From: Octopus vulgaris
Lineage: Eukaryota
Direction: 5' to 3'
DNA: 64,000 bases
Assembly: GCA_951406725.2 (NCBI GenBank)
Contig: OX597814.1
Span: 145,700,001 to 145,764,000 of the forward strand
Below, one piece after another: positions 55,926 to 64,000 of the stretch. Under the pieces are notes generated by a model. That model ran no database searches. It saw nothing but the letters and a program-made list of their open reading frames with translations, and was not told the DNA's origin. Each line of letters begins with the position of its first letter. Position 1 is the first letter of the stretch. The position numbers were made by a program, and so were the translations under genes.

Positions 55926-56683
55926 GGGATTTTTAATTGCAGCACAAGACCAAAGCCTCCCCACCAGAAATTACCAAAAACATGTAATGAAAAGAAATAT
56001 TACAAGTAACTGCAGAATATGTGGAGATGGACAAGAAACAATAAATCATATTATCTCTAGCTGCCCAGTCCTGGCTAAGAAGGAATATATTCACAGACAT
56101 GACAGAGTTGGAACTTACATACATTGGAAGCTATGCCAACATTATGGAATAACAACAGAAAAAAGATGGTATAGGCACACACCAGAAAAGGTCACAGAAA
56201 ACGAGAAAGCAACCATACTCTGGGATATGCCGATACACACAGATAGAGAAATTAAGGCCAACAGACCAGATATAGTTGTCAGAGACCATGAAGAAAAAAA
56301 ATGCTTTCTAATTGATGTATCAGTACCGGCAGATGACAACGTGTCTCTAAAAGAAATGGAGAAACTCTCAAAATACAAAGACCTGGAAATAGAGGTAACT
56401 AGAATGTGGAATCTGAAAACAGAAACAATTCCTATCATAGTAGGTGCATTAGGCATGATAAAAAAATATTCAGACAAATACATAACAAAAACACCAGGAC
56501 TTACAAACACATATAACATACAGAAAATTGCACTACTGGGCACTGCACACATCCTACGCAGAACACTTTCCATACAATAACCATCAGAGCATCACAACAA
56601 ATCACAGCACAAACCCAAGGCACACAGAGCTGTGCTCGGTAGTGAAGTGAAAGCACGCTATAAAAATAAAAATAAAACTACTG
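55926..56683 (+). mobile_element. R4/Dong subfamily 2, 5'-truncated copy with uninterrupted zinc-knuckle plus RLE frame (55927-56580)
   Basis: GFLIAAQDQSLPTRNY..CRICGDGQETINHIISSC..YIHRHD..LWDMPIHTDREIKANRPDIVV..IDVSVP..KLSKYKDL..IPIIVGALG; (TAA)n flanks. Confidence 0.94.
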
Positions 56684-57504
56684 AATAATAATAATAGTAA
56701 TAATAATAATAATAGTAATAATAATAACAAGATAAATATCAAAGATAAAATAACAGAAGCGGGAGCAACACCAATATAACATTTTTGTTATATATTAGAC
56801 CAAGCCCATGCATTTAAATGAAGACTCTATACGTGAAGTAAAACAGAGTTCATTTCTCAGGTTTATTCTATTGATGAGAAGTCAGTATAGAACCAAGTAT
56901 TTTGGAATTTGAACTTAAGTGATAAATTAAGATTGTGGAACAAGAGATTGCGCACGAGAGAATCTGTAAGGTGCCGCTCGACTTCCTTATAAGAAGCAGT
57001 CAAATCTCTCTCAAATTGCATTCTGGGATCTTTAAAAAACAATCAGAAATATCGATTAATATAACGAATGCTAAATGAAACATATTCATGTATACTTGGG
57101 GATACACAACATATATAGCTGAATACTGCGTACTATGTTTTTACAATACTTTCATACACTGCGCTAGATAATTCTGAATTAAAAGTGAATTTTGTTTTTA
57201 AAAGACAAGTAAGCTGCATGTTGTAATGCATCAAAACAACATCTAAAACTAATATATAGTAAAAATAATAAAATATAATAAAATATCAAAATAGGTCACG
57301 TAAAAGAAATTTCTCTCAAATAACGAACAAAAACTACAAAATGAGAATGGAAACCATGTAAGCTGTGAGAATACTTGCAAGGAGGAGAAATCGAAGGTGA
57401 CACTAGTACATATACACGCATCCACACACACATGTGCCTTACAATACTTATCGAACAATTGACTCGCAGCCACTGAAGCAGAACTATCCAAACATTGACA
57501 ACTT

Positions 57505-58017
57505 ACTATAATGGGCGTTATGTCCGTCTGTCAGTCCGTCAGACCATCTGTATGTGTGTTCCCTCTTTACGGTCAAACGTCTGGAAGCCTTTTAGCAAAA
57601 AATAGGTGAAAAAGTATGATTATTTAGTTGATATTGATTTTTTCTTTTTTTTTGTTAAAATTCCGGCGACGGAGGATTTGATCTGAATACCCCGCTCCAA
57701 CGCATAGTTCGTGAAATTGAAAGGTTTAGAAAGTATGATTATTTAGTGGATATCGATTTTTGAATTGATATATCACCTTCACATTTTTATTAAAAATTCA
57801 CCGACCACAAGTAACTCTAAATTTTCATCGTATAGTTCGTGGCCCCATCGCAGATACGAAGGGGGTCACGAGGACGGTTAATAGCGAAAATAAAATGGAA
57901 AAAGTGTGTGTGATTATTTAATCATTATCGAAGTGTGTCAGTCTCTGGCAGGATTCGAAACGGCTACCAGAACATCCGGATATTATTTGTATAGAACAGC
58001 GAGGAGTAACTCTTAGT
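57505..58017 (+). mobile_element. Possible non-autonomous Helitron/Helentron-type element with internal tandem repeats
   Basis: (GTCY)n-like run gtccgtctgtcagtccgtc near the start. aaagtatgattatttagt.gatat.gattttt repeated at ~57611 and ~57730, with a degenerate copy near 57901. Confidence 0.35.
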
Positions 58018-60309
58018 TTGATTTTTTTGCAACTCTAAAGATTCCGTTCGCGCATTTACAACAAACAAGGCACAACGGCAGACTTAAGATCGTGTAGTTG
58101 TATTTTTACCCATTTTGATGTTTACACACAGCCAGTTATACGTCACTATGAATAGTGCAACGGACTCCAGTAATTTGAAGATTAGCGTCGAACAAACAGA
58201 AAATATCGCTTACAAAGAAGTTTTGTAATCATATGAATATTATGGAAAGTAATATGATTCCAAATTTAAATAAGGGAATCTGTGAACTTTGAATGTATCA
58301 GAGTATAAACAAACATAAAATAGTGTAAAAATTAAAATAAAAGTATATCTAAATAACATTTCTTTCTTAAGAATTTTTATGTAGTGGTCGATGGAAGCTC
58401 TGGCTTTCGTTAGTTGTTCACATAACCATTCATGATGAAGAGGCTAGGAATCTATTTCAGTTCGGGTGTGAATCGTCATCAAATGTCACTTAGTCGCAAA
58501 CACGTCACGTAGCTACAATAGAATGTTGTACCACTAACAATTATGTTATTTCTTAAAAAACATCTTTCAGTAATCTATCAAGTCCATTTACCCATTTCTC
58601 AATACATACTGCTGTTATGGATTTTCACCCTCATGTTATGCCTCCATCGTAGATGGATAGATTTGCTAATGATTAAAATGGACGTGAATAGAATAATGTA
58701 AATTATGAAGACATAATTAATCTAAAGGTGAAAAATGGTTTGAAATATCGAAACCTTACTGTGGACCATAGTAAGCATTGAATTTAACGAAGAAATTGCA
58801 ACAATATTAAATGCTACAGATTCATATGATAGCAAAAATTTGTCAGGATGAACACAAGAAAATTCATAGACTATAAAAGTGGTAAAGGTCTGAGCTTGGG
58901 AAGGATTGATTAACATTTCCCTTGACAATGTCTCTCTGACCCAGATTCTGGAAACATAATCCGTAAGTTCCCAGAGATTCTAGTCGCTCGTAGACATGAG
59001 TTAAATTATGTTATTAGTAAATGAAACGCAATTCTAAAGGTTGAAAGAAATGGATTAATAATCAAATAACCAGTAGCATCTCTGTTAGAGAGGAATAATC
59101 CAGAGGTACTTTCTTCTTATTCCATTTTGCTTATTGTTGATATTCCTAACTGCCGAAAAGAGGCCAAAGTAAGATCAACAATCATTTATACATTAATTAC
59201 CGCAACTTGACCGACGCTGTTAGTAAATAACTAGAAGCATCGTTATGTATAGCAAACGGGTTTAGTGCAGATTAATATGTGGACATAATTACACTTAGTA
59301 AGGTCAGAGAACTCAAATTTAAAACGGTGCATTTGTGAAACAAAGTGGAAAATGTCGTACTAGAAGTTTTAAGAAATATAAGGAAGAAGAATGAAGTTAG
59401 TAAGTGCAGGATATGTGTAACTTTAGAAGACACAATCATATTTTTTTGCCTATCAATTTTTCCTTATCCACAATCATATTTTTTGCTTATCCAAAATAGA
59501 ATAAAGAACAAATCTTAAAAATTTAATCTTGCACTTGTTAATGCTTAACCAATTGAAAGACCGATGTCCATGTATTTTTCTGGGGTTTCTGAGACTGTTG
59601 GGATACAGGGAGAGGCGAGAAAATATTTCTTCAAAACAGAAACCTGGAGTAGAAGCTAATAAATGAGTGGAATCCAGCATTGAAGGCGGTGGGGCAGTGC
59701 AAGGCAGCAGAGTAAATCTGCCAACCAGTATTCCATGGCTGATTGGAACCCAGAACACTAAAAACCATGTAATGCAAGCTATCTTGTCCGACGCGCTAAA
59801 CAACCGCTGCTTTACCTAGAGAAAGATGAGACGCAAAGCTACTCTCAGCAGGATTTGAAATCAGAATGCAAGGAATTTCATCCGCTGCCATAACGATCTA
59901 CTAATTTGCCTGAAAAGGACGCAATATTCTCCACTGGTATGTCTTTGATCATAAGCAAGTCTTCTAGAACAGAAAGACAACAACAACAACAACAACAAAC
60001 ATGTTATTGTGCAATGGAAGAACAACAAAGGAAAACGGGAAAATGTGCAACTTAGGATTCATCAACATACGGCAGGACCACTTTCATAGAAGATAGTTTA
60101 TAGGAATGTAAACACATGGGAAGCCTTAACGTTTAATTATTGGCATTAGTGTCGCCTCAATGAAATTTTATGTTTACACAAGAAGAAAGTTTGGCTGCTT
60201 GTATAAAGTTTCGTCTTTGCACTTATACGGACGGAATTTCTATATAAATGATCGGTCTTGTATTTTGTTTATCTTAATTGCTGTTTTAGCTGTTGTTAAT
60301 GTGTCTTTA

Positions 60310-60359
60310 TGTGTGTGTGTGTGTGTGTGTGTGTATGAGCGTGTGTGTGTGTGTGTGCG

Positions 60360-60391
<32 letters not shown>

Positions 60392-60403
60392 CGTGTGTGT
60401 GTG
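60310..60403. repeat. (TG)n microsatellite, followed by a purine-rich low-complexity tract (~60480-60830)
   Basis: Seen directly. Confidence 0.93.
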
Positions 60404-61352
60404 ATGAACATAAATGAAATGTATGTATGTGGAAAACACAGAAAATGGGAGTGTGAGATTCATGGGTAATTATAATGGGACGAAGAAAAAAGCAAGGAGG
60501 CAAAAGCGAGAGAGAAATAAAGAAAGAGAGGGGGAGAGGAAGGAAGAAAGAGGAACAGAGCGAGAGAAAAGAAAACTGACACTATGAAGAACTATAAAAC
60601 AGAGCAGAATATAAATACAGAGAAAAAGATAGGGAGGGAGAAAGAAGTAAAACGTGAGAGGTAGAAAAAGTGTTAAACTCACACTGGCAAGTAAAATCAT
60701 TAAAAATTCAAAAGCTATAAGCTTGTGAGACAGTGGCAATAGAAAGAAAAAGAAAAGAGAAGATAAAATGTTGTGGAATAATAGACACAAGGGATTAGTA
60801 AAAGAAAGATTTAAATAGACAGTGTGAATATAAAATATTAATATGTGAATGAATAAGAAAAGAAAGATGCGTTGCTTTGACAGAAGGCAAGCATGGTTAG
60901 GAAGGTTAACAGAGTAAGTGTGGGAGGAGGTATGTATAGATGGTAAGGAGGGAAACTGTTCAGTTTATGAATGACAAGGATAGTGGGTTTTAGTGGAGTA
61001 TTTTTAATCATACTTTTAAATAATATTCCACGTGAGGGAGCTTTCTGTTCATAATAAGAGATTTGTCCCTTGAGATAAGAATGTGAAACAGAAGCAGACG
61101 AAAGCTTTGAATAATAATGACTGCTTGCCATGTGTTTGCCGTGCTATTTTCTTTTACTTACGCACTAGAATGTTCATGCTTAATTTAAACACCCCACAAT
61201 AAGCAGTTGTATTGAAAAACATATGTTGTGACATTACATTCAGTTATTTATATACACTCGCAGACAGGCCACCATCATCTAAACCATATAATATATACAT
61301 ACATACTTATGTATATGTATGTGTATGTGAGTGTGTGAGTATACATATATAC

Positions 61353-61421
<69 letters not shown>

Positions 61422-61942
61422 CGGTGAGAGTGAGAGAGAGGAAGAGAGAGACTTATCTTTGACCGTGAACGTGCTCTTGTATGGCGTAATAACTTAACAT
61501 GTATCCCTTGGGAGATATTAAAATGTCTGCCTCAATATTAAACAAAACCCTATATACATTAACAAGTGCATTACAAGTGTATATATCAACAAATATATTT
61601 ATGCACAGAGGGAAAAGAAATACAACCATAGACGCATCCTTTTTGCATGCGTAGACACAGTAATAATGTATTGCACTGGTTTATTAGCAGTTAAGAATGC
61701 TACATAATATTTTACAAAGTGCCAACTAATTACATGCCGACACATAAGTACATATACACGCGTACTCTCTCTCTCTGCCTCTGTTTCTGTCTCTTTGTCT
61801 AAATCTGTCTGTCTGCCTGTCTATATATGCATACACGCACGCATATATATACACACACGCACACATATATATATATGTATGTGTATGTATGTATACATAT
61901 ATACAAACATACATACATACATACATACATACACACACACAC

Positions 61943-61982
<40 letters not shown>

Positions 61983-62035
61983 GGTCCCGGGTTGATTCGG
62001 GGTTAACCACAGTAAATAAGGTACTCAATACATAT

Positions 62036-62088
62036 GAGCTTCCTGAAGATTTCTCTTGAATGAAACAGTTCTAGTCCTGTAGAAGCTC
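62036..62088 (+). ncRNA. Type I hammerhead ribozyme (predicted)
   Basis: Stem I gagcttc/gaagctc (7 bp); core CUGAAGA (62043-62049); stem II uuc-ucuu-gaa; GAAA (62062-62065); stem III cag/cug; GUA cleavage triplet ending at 62081. Confidence 0.75.
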
Positions 62089-62098
62089 CTTCTATATA

Positions 62099-62153
<55 letters not shown>

Positions 62154-62252
62154 TAATCCAAACGGGAAAACAGAAAAAACAACAACACGTGGAACAATTA
62201 CAGTATTATTATTATTATTAGGCGCTCAGGAAAATGGAAGAAGGAGGGTGAA

Positions 62253-62583
62253 GGCGCATGGCTCAGTGGTTAGAACGTCGAGCTTACGATCGTGAGGTTG
62301 TGAGCTCGAATCCCGGACCAGGCTGCGTGTTGTGTTCTTGAGCAAAGCACTTTATTTCACGTTGCTCCAGTTCACTCAGCTGTAGAAATGAGTTGCGACG
62401 TCACTGGTGCCAAGCTGTATCGACCTTTGTCTTTCCCTTGGATAACACTGGTGGCGTGGAGAGGGGAGGCTGGTATGCATGGGCGACTGCTGGTCTTCCA
62501 TAAACAACCTTGCCCGGACTTGTGTCTAGGAGGGTAACTTTCTAGGTGCAATCCCATGGTCATTCATGACCGAAGGGGGTCTT

Positions 62584-62590
<7 letters not shown>
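62253..62590 (+). mobile_element. tRNA-derived SINE family B, full length
   Basis: A-box tggctcagtgg, B-box gctcgaatccc, conserved central block ttgtgttcttgagcaaagcactttatttcacgttgctccagttcactcagctg, tail ctttatcttt. Confidence 0.88.
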
Positions 62591-62623
<33 letters not shown>

Positions 62624-62626
<3 letters not shown>

Positions 62627-62788
62627 CAGCGTCTTTAGTTGAGCAAATCGACCACAGGACTTACTCTTTGTACGCCTAGCACTTATTCTATCGGTTCCTT
62701 TTACCGAACCACTAAGTTACGGGGACATAAACACTCCAGCATCGGTTGTCAAGCGATGCTGGGGGGACAAACACAGACACACACACAT

Positions 62789-62825
<37 letters not shown>

Positions 62826-63002
62826 CATATGCATATATACGACGGGCTTCTTTCAGTTTCCGTCTAACAAATCCACTCACAAGGCTTTCGTCGGTTCGAG
62901 GCTATAGAAGAAGACACTTGCCCAAGATGCCACGCAGTGGAACTGAACCCGGAACCATGTGGTTGGTAAGGAAGCTACTTACCACACAGTCACTCCTACG
63001 CC
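62624..63002 (-). mobile_element. SINE family A (3' tail missing)
   Basis: Reverse complement of 28154-28515. Lies tail-to-tail with the family B SINE across a (TA)n tract. Confidence 0.88.
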
Positions 63003-63734
63003 TATACGCGTATATGGGTACACGACAATACAAACCGTAAACAACATGAAATATGAAAACAGATGTGTTAAGTACGCAAAGAACGAGAGAAACAAATGGA
63101 AAACAAGACAAGTAACATAATGAACGACCTTTCATCAGTTGTCGGCTGTCCATCTTCTTGTCATTTCGAGCATTGTCATACATTGGCATAGTCATGTGGT
63201 TAAGTTCCCAAAGCTGCTCTGCAGTAATATTTTAGTAGAAAGGAATCAGTGTAGAAACTTTTGTAAATATGTGCGTGTATATACACTCAAGCACGAGCTC
63301 ACGCACAAAAACACACATACACACACACACTCACACATGCGCTCATGCATACGCACAATCACACACAAGCAGATATATGTGTGTCTGTGTGTGAGTGTAT
63401 GTAGGTTATGTGTGTGTGTGAGTATTCATGCGTGTTTGTGTGTATATATCTATGCGTACGTGATATTTTCCTCGTCCTAGCGCATTCCTAAATACCAACG
63501 TTTATTTTCTAGTGTCACTTTCTCTCCCATAACTTTGGAAATTCAACAACGTAAGATGGATAAAATATGTACAAGACTGAAATAACTACTAAGGTCAATA
63601 TGATCAAGTAAACCTTGGAAACGATTCATGTAGAACTTTCTTCTTTAGTTTTTTGGCGTCTGCCAAGAGTGTGTTTCAGTATAGTCTGTTCCATTTTTCC
63701 TTCTCTTAGGTTTGAGCATATCTTATACATCCAT

Positions 63735-63936
63735 ATTAATTTGAAGTTTTGGTTCGAGTACAACGATTACGGGGGTGATTACAACGACACAAGTAAACAA
63801 CTAGTACTTATTAATATTTTATTTATCTCGAAATGATAAACTAAACATCAGCCGAATTTGAACTCCAAACGTAAATACGGACGAAATACCGCTAAGAATT
63901 TTTTCGGCGTCCTAACGATTCTTTTAGATCGCCGCC
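63735..63936 (-). mobile_element. SINE family C, diverged
   Basis: gaatttgaactccaaacgtaaa..gacgaaataccgctaag...cgccgcc is the reverse complement of the family C head and core. Confidence 0.7.
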
Positions 63937-64000
63937 ATATCTTATCCACCAATATTAGATTATCAGTACATAAATAATACATGTAACACCCTTGATAGCA

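Noticed and set aside
56142-56573. Hydrophobic 143-aa minus-strand ORF (also 55533-55757, 42791-43063)
   Set aside because: Antisense shadow of the Dong RLE coding sequence.
62253-62325. tRNA gene (also heads at 24247, 28154, 31871)
   Set aside because: A/B boxes are present but no complete cloverleaf forms, and each head runs into a SINE body.
63120-63175. Minus-strand CUGAUGA and GAAA motifs as a hammerhead
   Set aside because: The motifs lack supporting stems in any permutation I could build. Probably a decayed repeat tail.

Overview
AT-rich eukaryotic DNA with no prokaryotic features (no operons, CRISPR or rRNA) and no confidently identifiable host gene. It is an intergenic or large-intron region built from microsatellites and transposon relics. 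The SINE and microsatellite landscape resembles what I recall from Octopus genomes; that assignment is inference only. Recognisable elements include R4/Dong-type RLE LINE pieces sitting in (TAA)n arrays, a probable non-autonomous (TAA)n-embedded partner element, RTE, CR1, Tx1 and HERO LINE fragments, several Penelope-like fragments, and three SINE families. There is also a full-length but dead irritans-type mariner with perfect 37-bp TIRs, maT-like remnants in a local triplication, and MITEs. Best leads: a well-formed Type I hammerhead ribozyme in a ~120-bp cassette between two (TA)n arrays (62036-62088); the (TAA)n-targeting Dong/non-autonomous element system with recurrent short 5'-junction duplications; and a symmetric 101-nt hairpin (5000-5100). 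Most ORFs in the supplied track are microsatellite or antisense artefacts. Coordinates of degraded elements are approximate, and all family calls come from motif recognition by eye.
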